Assembly: GCA_963713705.1 (NCBI GenBank)
Contig: CAVQMY010000006.1
Span: 38,433-102,432, forward strand
Direction: 5' to 3'
DNA length: 64,000 nucleotides
Source: an uncultured Verrucomicrobiae bacterium
GTDB taxonomy: Bacteria > Verrucomicrobiota > Verrucomicrobiia > Palsa-1439
The translations under genes and the position numbers were made by a program. The notes below the pieces were generated by a model. That model had not been told where the DNA came from. It worked only from the letters and a program-made list of their open reading frames with translations, and searched no databases. This document shows, in pieces, positions 37,302 to 48,509 of the stretch (positions are counted from its first letter, which is position 1; every line of letters begins with the position of its first letter).

Positions 37302-37379
37302 TCTGAGCGAAGCGAAGAATCTCTCATCGCGCGTTGGGAGACCCTTCGCTTCGCTCAGGGTGACAACTCAGGTTGTCAC
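37297..37379. repeat. REP-like palindromic element between secDF and recJ
   Basis: GTCATTCTGAGCGAAGCGAAGAATCTCT, with 15-nt arms CTGAGCGAAGCGAAG (37303-17) and CTTCGCTTCGCTCAG (37344-58). A second hairpin GTGACAAC-TCAG-GTTGTCAC sits at 37360-79. A half copy lies at 60435-60462. Confidence 0.7.
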
Positions 37380-39676
37380 GCCTTGGCCGGCTGCGGCTTC
37401 TTCTCGGCGGCCCGCTTGGCCTTGGCGCCTTCGGCGCCACGATACAGGCCGCGCACGGGCTGGCCGATGTAGATGGACGAATATGTGCCCGTCACCACGC
37501 CCACGACATAGCAGAAGGCGAAGTCATTGAGGACGCGCCCGCCGAAGCCGTACAGCGCCACGGCGCAGAGGAACACCGTGCCCGCCGTCAGGATCGTCCG
37601 CGACAGCGTCTCGTTGATGCTGCGGTTGATCAAATCGAGCTGGCTCAACTTACCGCCTGTCAGCTTCTTGTTTTCACGAATCCGATCGAAGATGACGATC
37701 TTGTCATTGATCGAATAGCCGATCAGCGTCAGCACGGCGGCGACGACCGGCATCGAGAACGTCCGGTGCGGCCACGGCCAGAGGCAAAACAGCCCGACCG
37801 TCATCAGGACGTCGTGGATCAAGGAAATCAGCGCGCCCAAGCCGTAAGACAGCTCACCGAAACGGAACGCGAGGTAGATCATAATCGCGATCAGCGACGC
37901 GCCGATGGCGTAGAGCGCCTGCTTCAGCAGCTCGCTCGCCAACGACCGCCCCCACCTGTTCCTGGCTGAGGTCCTTAAATTGCGCCTGCGGATATTTGTC
38001 CTGCAGAAGCTTGACCACTTCGTCCGTCTTGCCTTCGGGCAACCGCAGCGACAATACTTCCTTGCCGCCGGTCATATCGTGCTCGTACTGGATGTACGCC
38101 TCGGCGAAATGGTTCTGTTCCAAGCGTATGACGGATATCGTCGGCATCGATGTGGTGGGCAAAGCCCAAGCGCCACCGTGTCGCCGCCGCGGAAATCAAT
38201 TCCGTAGACTTCGCCGCGACCGATGTCCAAACCGCCGCGGTGAAGAACATGGCCATGCCCGCGATGATCAGGGCCCAGGAAAGAGTAAACACGATTTTCC
38301 ACACCCCGAGGAAATTGACATGCGGCAGGTGACGAAACACGTGCAGCATGTTGAACGATTTCATCCAACCCTTCGCCACCAGCCAGTCAAAGATGAGCCG
38401 CGTCACGAACACGCCGGAGAACAGGTTGGCCAGCAACCCGATGATGAGGGTGACGCCGAAGCCCTTCACGGGTCCGCTGCCCATGGAAACCAGGATGACG
38501 CCGGTCAGGATCGCCGTGAAGTGCGCGTCGAAAATGACGCGAAACGCCCGCGGGTAGCCCGCCGCGATGGCCGCGCGCAACGGCTTGTTCGCGGCCAGTT
38601 CCTCACGAACGCGCTCGTAAATCAGCACGTTCGTGTCCACCGCCATGCCGATGGTCAAGCACGACGCCGGCGATGCCGGGCAACGTGAGAGTGAACTTGA
38701 ACATCGCCAGCACGCCCATCGTGATCAGGATGTTCATGAGCAGCGCGATATCGGCGACGAGACCCGCCATCAGGTAGTAGGCCGCCATGAAGATGATAAC
38801 GGCGCCCGCGCCAATTACCGCCGCGCGAAAACCGCTGGCAATCGAGTCCTTGCCCAGCGTCGGGTCCACCGTACGCGCTTCCATCACGTGCACCGGCGCT
38901 TGAAGCGGGTTCTCGAGGACGCTGGCCAGCCGCTGCGCTTCATCCAGGGGGAATCCTCCCGAACGGCTAATCTGGCAGCGGCCGCCCGAGATGGGTTCGT
39001 TGATGCGCGGAGCCGTGTAGAGTTCGCCATCGAGTATGATCGCCAACTGACGTCCCACGTTCGCGGTCGTAATCCGCTCAAAAATCTTCGCGCCCTCGGC
39101 ATCGAATTCGATGCCGACCTGCGGTGCGCCCGTCATCTGGTCATACTGCACGGAGGCGCGACGGACGTACTTGCCGGTCATCTCCGGCCGCACCTTGACG
39201 AAGCAGGTGCTGCTGATTTCGCGGCCTCCTTCTTCTTCCTTCATCGTCATTTTCTGATAGCCCGGCGGCACGGTGAAGCGCGGGTCGCTGACCGACTGGG
39301 ACACGAGTTCCGCGTTGTCAGGATGCACCAATCGGAACTCCAGAAAGGCGGTCTTTTCGATTCGCCGGCGGGCTTCTTCGCGGTCGGCTTCCTTCAGCCC
39401 CGGCAGTTCCACCAGAATCCGGTCGTCGCCGACGCGCTGGAGAAGCGGCTCGGCCACATGGAACTCGTCAATGCGTTTGCGCAGGACCTCGATGGCCTGT
39501 TGCACGGCGGTGCCGCGTCCGGCCGGGTCGATCCCCGAGACGTCCATCTTCAGCAGGAACGATGTCCCACCCCTCAGGTCGAGTCCGAGTTTGATGCCAT
39601 ACTGCGAGATCGCCCAGCCCGATATCAACAGGACGGCGGCGACCAACGCACACTTCCAACCAAATTGTTTATTCAT
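37376..39676 (-). pseudogene. secDF: fused protein translocase subunit SecDF, at least 4 reading-frame breaks as sequenced
   Basis: SecD part: LGLDLRGGTSFLL ... ITTANVGRQLAIILDG ... LPGIAGVVL|TIGMAVDTNVLIYERVREE. SecF part: YGIDFRGGDTVALG, LIAIMIYLAFRF, IGYSINDKIVIFDRIREN. The pieces lie in the frames of ORFs 38603-39676, 37975-38658, 38072-38368, 37854-38162 and 37376-37942. Confidence 0.85.
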
Positions 39677-39686
39677 AAATCCGGGA

Positions 39687-41746
<2,060 letters not shown>

Positions 41747-41750
<4 letters not shown>

Positions 41751-42863
41751 TCGACTTCGTCAGCGGGCTTGCCGAGCAACTTGTCGGCAATCTGATTGGT
41801 CACGGACAACGAGACGTAATTCTGCGCGCCGCGTCGCACGGCGATCAATTCCGACACGACGCTGACGGCGATTTCTTCGACGGTCAGCGAATGGATCGCC
41901 AGTCCCATCGGCGTGCGGACCCGCCGGAAATCCTCGGCGGTGGCCGCGCCTTCGTTGATGAAACCTTCCATGACCGTGCGCACTTTGCGTTTGCTGCCGA
42001 TCATCCCGATATAGCCCGCCTTGCTGTGGATGACTTCCTTCAAGATGACCGCGTCATGCCGATGGCCGCGCGTGACGATGCACACATACGAGTCCGCATC
42101 CAACGGGAAATCCTTCATCACCTTCGCGGGATCATCGACGATGATCTTCGAGGCGTCCGGGAACCGTTCCTTGTTGGCGAACGACGCGCGGTCGTCGATG
42201 GCCACCACATCGAACCCGCCCCATGCGGCAAGTTTGCCGACCGCGCAACCGACATGTCCGCCGCCGCAAATCACCAGCACGGGACGCGGCAAAATCGGCT
42301 CGAAGTAAACGGAAAGGGATGAAGGATGAAGGATGAGGGATGAAGGCTCGGGTTCGGGTTCTTGAAGCAAGGCGGCGCTCTTGGCGGAGAGTTCGGAAAG
42401 CAAATCCGCGGGCAAATCATCGGCGACGATGAGTTGCTCGCTCGCAAACAGGGCCCGCTTGCCGGCATGATCGCCGGTCGTGATCGTCGCCAGCACGCGT
42501 CGTTGACGCGTCGATGGGTCCGCCAGCAACGCCTGCCAGACCTTGCCGCTCGGCGGATTCGGTTGGACGAAGGTTTGGACCGACCCGCCGCAAATCAATC
42601 CGTCATCCCAACCGAAATCGTCATCGAGCACGGCCTTGAACGTGAAGGATTCGCCCGTTTCGAGCGCCCGCAGGGCTTTCTGGCGCGTCTCGGCTTCGAG
42701 ACAGCCGCCGCCGAGCGTCCCGATCACGCGTCCATCGGGCAGAAAAATCGCCTTCGCGCCACACTTCTGCGGGCGTCGAACCTTTGGTCTCGACCAGCAC
42801 CGCAAACGCCAGCCGTTCCTTGCGTTCCAACAGCCCGGCCAGTTCCTGATAAATGGGATCCAC
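41747..42863 (-). pseudogene. XdhC/CoxI-family maturation factor, one frameshift as sequenced
   Basis: The N-terminus MDPIYQELAGLLERKERLAFAVLVETKGSTP (GTG 42863) is in the frame of ORF 42621-42863. The rest (GAKAIFLPDGRVIGTLGGGCLE ... VICGGGHVGCAV ... IVTRGHRHD ... YIGMIGSKRK) is in the frame of ORF 41747-42916. The break is at a CCC run around 42768-42775. Confidence 0.75.
42317..42344. repeat. 7-bp tandem repeat GGATGAA x4 (one GGATGAG) inside the xdhC inter-domain linker
   Basis: Read directly. It encodes ...SSLILHPSSLS... on the minus strand. Confidence 0.8.
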
Positions 42864-42891
42864 ACGCCTAGGCTAACGGCAGATGCGGGGC
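42840..42891. repeat. ~52-bp direct repeat, copy 1 (native xdhC start codon region plus upstream)
   Basis: CAGTTCCTGATAAATGGGATCCACACGCCTAGGCTAACGGCAGATGCGGGGC is about 80% identical by hand alignment to 44937-44991. Confidence 0.65.
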
Positions 42892-42920
42892 GAATCAAGT
42901 CCCGGGCGCAATGCACTTTC

Positions 42921-44386
42921 CTACGGCGTGATGGCGAACCGATAGAACCCTTGCGGCCCGGTGGCCCCGCCGAAGTTGGTCAATGTCAGCAAAGCCCCGA
43001 TGCTGTTAGTGACGGAGACGCTGGGGACGTTCGACCAAATGCCGGAATCTGGATCAGTCGTGAACTGCAATTGATACGTCTCGTAGGCTACGGACGGGAT
43101 GCCGATGGAGATATTGGTGCCCGCAATCTGGACTCCTGAAATCTGATTGGCCGGAGGGTTGAGGGGGACGATCAATTCAAACACGCTGCCACACCCGCTA
43201 TTGCAAGGGCCGCTCCCACCGTACACCGTTGTTCCGTAGAAATTCCCGTCGATGCCCTGCACTAGCCCAGACGGGATTGTCAAGGAACAGAAGGAGTATA
43301 AGGAAGTGAAACTACCGCTCGGACTGATCCGAAACACGGTCCCGCCACCGCAGCTGCCGCCGGCAGTTCCCCCGTAGAAGTTACCGTCACTGCCTTGTAC
43401 CAGCATCGAAGACGAATCCCACCCCGGGGATGTTATGTAGTCGAATGAATAGAGATTCGTAACACTCCCGCTCGGACTGACCCTGATTACGCTGCCGCAA
43501 TCGCAATCTCTATTCGCACCGGATCGGGTCGTCCCATAGAAATTGCCGTCGCTGCCTCTTACCAGTGCAAATACTGGTTCAGTTCCTTCGGAAGCGCTGA
43601 ATCCGTGGAGATTGGTGTAACTTCCGCTCGGACTGATGCGGAATACTGTTCCGTAGGTCGCCCCAGCCCCACCTTGGCTGGTATTTCCGTAGAAATTACC
43701 GTCGCTGCCCTGCACAAAGCGGCTTCCGGAAATTCCCCATCGCCGGAGTAGCTACCAAAGGAGTACAGAGTCGTGTAGGTGCCGCTGGCACTGATCCGAA
43801 ACACAGTGCCGCAGCCGCCGCAATTGTAGTGCACCCCGCCCTCGTAGGTCGTCCCATAGAAATTCCCATCGCTGCCCTGCACGACCCCGGCATATGGTTT
43901 TTCCCCATCAGTGGGGGAGCTGCCAAAGGAGTACAGAGTCGTGTAGGTGCCGCTGGGAGTGATCCGAAACACGGTGCCCCAGCCGCCGTTCGTCCCGCCG
44001 CCCGTGGTCGTCCCATAGAAATTCCCATCGCTGCCCTGCACGAGCCCGGCATATGGCTTTACCCCATCGGTGGGGGTACTGCCAAAGGAGTAAAGAGTCG
44101 TCTCGGTGCCGCTGGCACTGACCCGAAAGACGGTCCCGCATCCGTTAGCACAATTGGTGTTTGTTCCCCCATATTGGGTCGCCCCGTAGAAGTTCCCATC
44201 CGTGCCCTGTATCAGTCCAATGTTTGGACCGCTGCCATCGTTGGGGATGCTCCCGAAGAAGTACAGATTTGTCTCCGTTTGTGCATTCGCATTCAATGCC
44301 CAGCCAGCCAAAGCTGACACGACACTCGCAACGAGAATGCGGAATATTCTCGCCTGCGCCAACCCGACCCGAATCGGTTTGTTCAT
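42921..44386 (-). pseudogene. secreted GloVer (Gloeo_Verruco, TIGR03803-type) tandem-repeat protein, one frameshift as sequenced
   Basis: Signal peptide MNKPIRVGLAQARIFRILVASVVSALAGWALNANA, then at least 8 units of ...QGSDGNFYGTT..GG..G.GTVFRISPSGTYTTLYSF... The frame switches near 43713-43718 (ORF 43559-44551 to ORF 42921-43715). Confidence 0.7.
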
Positions 44387-44689
44387 ACCCGACGCATCTT
44401 TCTCCGAGATGTTGCCAAACACGCTTGCCAGCAAGTACAAGGCTAGCATTCCGGCCCTGCCAAGTCGAGCGAAATCCAGCTGCAATCCACCCGCCTTGCC
44501 AGCCGATTCCCGATGCTGAGACTGCCCGCAAGGTCGTTGCAATTTCCGCAAACAGGCTTATGTTGCAGTGGAGAGTCGAGGGCGAGTTGTAGGCAAGTTG
44601 AAGATGTGGGAAAGAGTAATCGCGGTTTGGGACTCGACTCTCCATCGTTTCTCCCCAGCGCAGTCTCGGTCAATTCGCCCCGGAGATTC

Positions 44690-44893
44690 CTAAATCGGCT
44701 TTCGGGGATTTTCGAAGGTGCGCCGATCCGGATGGCGACAAAACACACTGGAACCAACACGCACCGCATGCCCGCAACCGTCGGGGTTGCCCATCAGGCA
44801 ATACGAAATGTCCAGGGATAGTCCCCGATACCTCGTCCGGCATTTCGCCGGATCGGAAGAACGCCCCGGCTGGCTGACGATGTCGCCGGTCAT
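44690..44893 (-). CDS. small Cys-rich protein, family member a (unknown function)
   Basis: 67 aa. Shares C-x13-C-x7-C-x11-C-x-HPDRR-x-FE with three other ORFs in this window. Confidence 0.55.
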   Translation of the reverse strand: MTGDIVSQPGRSSDPAKCRTRYRGLSLDISYCLMGNPDGCGHAVRVGSSVFCRHPDRRTFENPRKPI

Positions 44894-44936
44894 GATCGCA
44901 AAAAAAGCATCAATCTTGCCAGCCGCAGTCTCCCGT

Positions 44937-44991
44937 CAGTTCCTGACAATAAATGGAGCCCACACGCTTGGGCCAACGGCAGATGCAGGAC
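44937..44991. repeat. ~55-bp direct repeat, copy 2 (duplicated xdhC 5' region)
   Basis: Retains a pseudo-start GTG GGC TCC ATT TAT .. CAG GAA CTG that mirrors the xdhC sequence GTG GAT CCC ATT TAT CAG GAA CTG. Confidence 0.65.
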
Positions 44992-45000
44992 ATGTCATGG

Positions 45001-45504
45001 TCATGGAGCACATTCGGACACATCGTACTCATAGCGCGAGACAAAGTAGGGGCCGACCTTGCGATCGCTGTGGTGGATAAAGCCAAACCGCTCGTAGATC
45101 GCGCGCAGACGGGGACGGGATGCCTCGCAGTCAAGGCGAACGTAGCGTCGGCCCAATGTGCGGGCGCGCTCGACGGCCCACTGCAGAAGGGCTGTCGAAA
45201 CGTCGCCTCCGGCAAATTTTCTCCGGACCGCCAGCCGATGGATATAGGTGGAATTATGCCGGTACACATCGGGCCAGAACTGCGGGTCTTCGAGTTGGAA
45301 CCTCACGGTACCGGCGGCTTCGCCGTCGCATTCGGCGAGAAAAAACACACCGGCGGTTACGTCCGACGCGATGCGTTCGGGCTCGAGTTCATCATCGCGC
45401 CACATGGGTTTGCCGGTGTCGTTGAGCCACTGAGCGGCTTCGAGCAGAATGCTGGACACGACTTCAAGGTCACAGGGCGCTGCCTGACGAATCGATATGT
45501 CCAT
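45001..45504 (-). CDS. GNAT-family N-acetyltransferase
   Basis: IHRLAVRRKFAGGDVSTALLQWAVERARTLGRRYVRLDC ... LRAIYERFGF (acetyl-CoA binding motif A region); 167 aa. Confidence 0.85.
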   Translation of the reverse strand: MDISIRQAAPCDLEVVSSILLEAAQWLNDTGKPMWRDDELEPERIASDVTAGVFFLAECDGEAAGTVRFQLEDPQFWPDVYRHNSTYIHRLAVRRKFAGGDVSTALLQWAVERARTLGRRYVRLDCEASRPRLRAIYERFGFIHHSDRKVGPYFVSRYEYDVSECAP

Positions 45505-45595
45505 GGCTGGTCTGAAGGCTAATGGCTGGAAGGGCGGGAAGCAAGTCCGACCGGCACAGGCGGATTGGGCGATGGAGCGGGATGGCGGTCAAAGA

Positions 45596-46060
45596 CTACA
45601 GCAGTGACACCATGGTGGGGTTGTCATCTGGAAGCTGCGCCGATCCGGCTGATGGTGAGGCGGGGGATGCGGATGGCGTACGGATAGCGTCCTGCACCTT
45701 CTGAGCCAGGTCAGCCAGCTTGAAAGGTTTTTTCAGGTAGCCCCGCAGCCCTCTCTGAAACATCCTGTCGGCCACGGGTTCGTCAAAGCCCGTCAGCAAA
45801 ACGACGCGCACATCTGGATTGAGGCGTTGGAGGTCATCGAAGACGAAATCGCCAGACAATGGGGGTAGCAAGAAGTCCAGTAGCACCGCGTCAATCTCTC
45901 GCCATCTCTCCTCGTAAATCCAGATGGCTGACTGTGGGGTGGCGGCGGTCAACACTCTGTAGCCTCGGGATTCCAACTCCGCCGTGAGGAACCCCAGAAG
46001 GACCTCGTCATCGTCGATGGCGAGAACGCACGGTTTTGGGCTGCTATTACGTGGAGCCAT
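45596..46060 (-). CDS. single-domain response regulator
   Basis: CVLAIDDDEVLLGFL ... VLLDFLLPPLSGDF ... VVLLTGF ... YLKKPF. The start is uncertain (the ORF track gives 46123). Confidence 0.75.
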   Translation of the reverse strand: MAPRNSSPKPCVLAIDDDEVLLGFLTAELESRGYRVLTAATPQSAIWIYEERWREIDAVLLDFLLPPLSGDFVFDDLQRLNPDVRVVLLTGFDEPVADRMFQRGLRGYLKKPFKLADLAQKVQDAIRTPSASPASPSAGSAQLPDDNPTMVSLL

Positions 46061-46155
46061 GCTTCGACAAGGAGCACACGGCTTGCCAGCCGCCGTTCCC
46101 CCTGAAGCCCGCCCCCAATTCACCCGCCAAGATTATCCCCCCAGCGGATAAAACC

Positions 46156-46977
46156 TCACGGTTTCTCTTCGTGGAACGGCTTCTTCTGATCGTAGAGACT
46201 GAGCCGCTGGCGGGCTTCCGCCGAGGTATCCTTCGACAAGTTGGACTCCAGGCATTTCGTCTCCCATTTGGCGGCATTGTCGAAGTCCCCAGCCTCGGCG
46301 CAGGCCGCCGCCAGCGTATCGAACATGGAAGCGTCCTTCCATTCCGACAGTTCACAGGCCTTCGTCGCATACTCGACCGCCTTCATCCCATTCCGAACGT
46401 TCGCATCGGGGCAAACGGCCAATAGCCAGGCGAGCCTGTTGTAGACCTCCACATAATCCGGCTTGAGACGGATGGCTTCGATGCAATCGGCGATGGCGTT
46501 GCCATAATCGCCTTTGTGGCCGTAGCAGTTTGCCCGGTTGTAATAAGCCACCGCTTGATCCGGATTGAGGCGGATGGCCTCATTGCAATCGGCGATGGCC
46601 CTGTCCCAGTCGTCTTTGTGGGTGTAGTCGTTGGCTCGGTTGCAATAGGCCCTGGCTTGGCGCGGATCGAGACGAATAGCCTGGTTCTCGTCGGCGATGG
46701 CCCGGTCATAGTCGCCTTTACCGACGTAGGCAACTCCCCGGTTGATGTAGGCCTCGGCATAATCGGGCTTGAGGCGGACGGCTTCGCTAAACTCAGCGAT
46801 GGCGAGGTCATAATTCCGGCCTTCAACCGCATCCACCCCACTCTCAAAGGCTCTCTCTGACCGGAAGTTCCCACACCCCTGGCCTGCCAACAGCAAGAGG
46901 GAGATCCCGAGCCATGACAGTCTTGCGAGGGGCCGGCGGGCTGGCGGACTCGAAGTCAGGCCGGGTTCCGGGGCCAT
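46156..46977 (-). CDS. TPR-repeat lipoprotein, paralog 1
   Basis: Lipobox-like [10 protein letters not shown], at least 5 TPR units ([29 protein letters not shown]...), and a conserved tail [12 protein letters not shown] ... [13 protein letters not shown] ... [18 protein letters not shown]. The start is set by alignment to paralogs 2 and 3. Confidence 0.8.
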   Translation of the reverse strand: MAPEPGLTSSPPARRPLARLSWLGISLLLLAGQGCGNFRSERAFESGVDAVEGRNYDLAIAEFSEAVRLKPDYAEAYINRGVAYVGKGDYDRAIADENQAIRLDPRQARAYCNRANDYTHKDDWDRAIADCNEAIRLNPDQAVAYYNRANCYGHKGDYGNAIADCIEAIRLKPDYVEVYNRLAWLLAVCPDANVRNGMKAVEYATKACELSEWKDASMFDTLAAACAEAGDFDNAAKWETKCLESNLSKDTSAEARQRLSLYDQKKPFHEEKP

Positions 46978-47056
46978 GGTTGCTTCCGGCATGAAGCGGT
47001 TCTCTGGATGCCAATACGAAGTGGCTGTGGGCTTCATTCCCGCCCCAATGGGGAAG

Positions 47057-47257
47057 TCAAGGCAACGCTGCCTTCTCGAAGCGACGTCGTTCTGGATGGC
47101 AACAAAAGACGCAAGACGCAAAGCGGATGGCATACTCGCAACCGTTGGCGTTGTCCATGAGGCAGGACGAGAACTCAAGAGTTCGCCCCAGATACATAGC
47201 CCGACATATCTCCGGGTCCGGAAGATGTCGTTGATTGCTGAGAGTGTCATCGGTCAT
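47057..47257 (-). CDS. small Cys-rich protein, family member b
   Basis: 66 aa: [66 protein letters not shown]. Its ATG overlaps the stop of member c (ATGA). Confidence 0.6.
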   Translation of the reverse strand: MTDDTLSNQRHLPDPEICRAMYLGRTLEFSSCLMDNANGCEYAIRFASCVFCCHPERRRFEKAALP

Positions 47258-47526
47258 GGCGGGGTTGTCTTCTCGAAGCTCCGTCGATCCGGATGGTAGC
47301 AATAAACGCCAGAACCAGAACGGAAACGTGCCGCATGCCCGCAACCGCTGGGGTCTTTCACCAGGCATTTCGAAAGACCGAGAGAGGGCCCCAGATATCT
47401 GGTGCGGCATATTTCCGGATCTGGTAGACTCCGTTGGTTGCCAACCGTGTCTTCGGTCTTGCTTCCAAAAAGAGCCGCCAAAGCCTGCCAGCCGATCTTC
47501 CACCGGGTTTGTTCGACATTTGCCAT
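47254..47526 (-). CDS. small Cys-rich protein, family member c (start uncertain)
   Basis: ...[66 protein letters not shown]. There is no ATG at the family-typical position; the ORF-track ATG adds about 24 aa. Confidence 0.5.
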   Translation of the reverse strand: MANVEQTRWKIGWQALAALFGSKTEDTVGNQRSLPDPEICRTRYLGPSLGLSKCLVKDPSGCGHAARFRSGSGVYCYHPDRRSFEKTTPP

Positions 47527-47861
47527 ATGAGTTACCCACCCTCTTGAAGGGGTATTTCCGAACAGATAACGCCCTGTAATAAGTAGCGGAGGCGGGGGTG
47601 GTTTGTCTGTCGGGGGAAACCCTGTTTTTTCTGACGGGGATACCCTCTACACGCACCGGGACAGCAACCGGCACGAATAGCGGAAAACGTGTGGGTTCGC
47701 CCGAGGGCTTGGATCCCATTAAGGGGCGGAAGACGCGGTCGAAGAGACGGAACAGGCCCATCGGGCGAGTGAGCGCGATGCCGGTCAGCGAAGCACGGTG
47801 GGGGAAGCTGCTGGAAATGGTGGTGGTGTCGTGACGGAGTGGCGGGCAGGTTGTCTCGACG

Positions 47862-48500
47862 TTACGTGCGCTTACGCCTGAGGAACGCGACCAGCGATAC
47901 GCCACCGAGTGCCGCCAGCAGAAACGTGGATGGCTCGGGAATGTACTCGAACATGAAATTGTCCATGACAAACTCGTTCCCCCCACTAGGAGGGGAAAAG
48001 GCAGGCTCACCGCCATAGGAAGTGAAATAAAGGCGGTCGATGTCCATGTAGTCGAACGTGAGCAGGGTCGGGCTTGTTGCGCTGACAACCTTGGTCTCGT
48101 CGTACACCAAGTTGGTCTCTCTGAATCCTTGGACTTCGATGTTCAGGTTGCTGTTCCAGCAGCCCGTCAGGTAGGCGCTCAGGAAATCAAAATTGGTGGC
48201 AAATGAGTCAATCTCGCAGCCAGAGGCCATCAGAGCTACGTTCGAAGGTGATACCATTCCGTAATAATCGCCGGACAGGCCGTTAGTGGGAGCTCCCGGA
48301 AACTCATTCGGCAGCACGTTGGTAAGGAGAATTGCATTGTTACATGCAATATTGCTCCAAGTAAGGCCCTGGTAGCCCTGGTACTTGAGCGAAAAGAAAG
48401 CTCCAGAGCCTGTTTCGGACAGGTCATCGAAGGTGACAACGGTTTGCGAACGAGTGGAAATGGCGGAGAAAAAAAGCGCGGTCAGGCAGGCAACGGGCAA
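47862..48500 (-). CDS. PEP-CTERM sorting-domain protein
   Basis: C-terminus IPEPSTFLLAALGGVSLVAFLRRKRT is a PEP-CTERM anchor. As sequenced, only a TTG start at 48500 is in frame. An ATG at 48537 with a better signal peptide is out of frame by one heptamer unit. Confidence 0.8.
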   Translation of the reverse strand: MPVACLTALFFSAISTRSQTVVTFDDLSETGSGAFFSLKYQGYQGLTWSNIACNNAILLTNVLPNEFPGAPTNGLSGDYYGMVSPSNVALMASGCEIDSFATNFDFLSAYLTGCWNSNLNIEVQGFRETNLVYDETKVVSATSPTLLTFDYMDIDRLYFTSYGGEPAFSPPSGGNEFVMDNFMFEYIPEPSTFLLAALGGVSLVAFLRRKRT

Positions 48501-48509
48501 CGGGCAACG
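48489..48509. repeat. heptanucleotide tandem repeat GGCAACG x3
   Basis: Read directly. It lies between the ATG at 48537 and the body of the PEP-CTERM ORF. Confidence 0.9.

Noticed and set aside
44690-45504. GNAT + small Cys-rich gene a as a GNAT-toxin/RHH-antitoxin (TacT/AtaT-like) pair
   Set aside because: In those systems the small antitoxin is upstream and overlapping. Here the small gene is about 107 bp downstream, lacks any RHH-like pattern, and has paralogs without GNAT neighbours.
47258-48088. Upstream 277 codons of the 343-aa ORF 47057-48088
   Set aside because: They overlap Cys-rich gene c and the PEP-CTERM gene in other frames. Only the last 66 codons (member b) are conserved with the paralogs.
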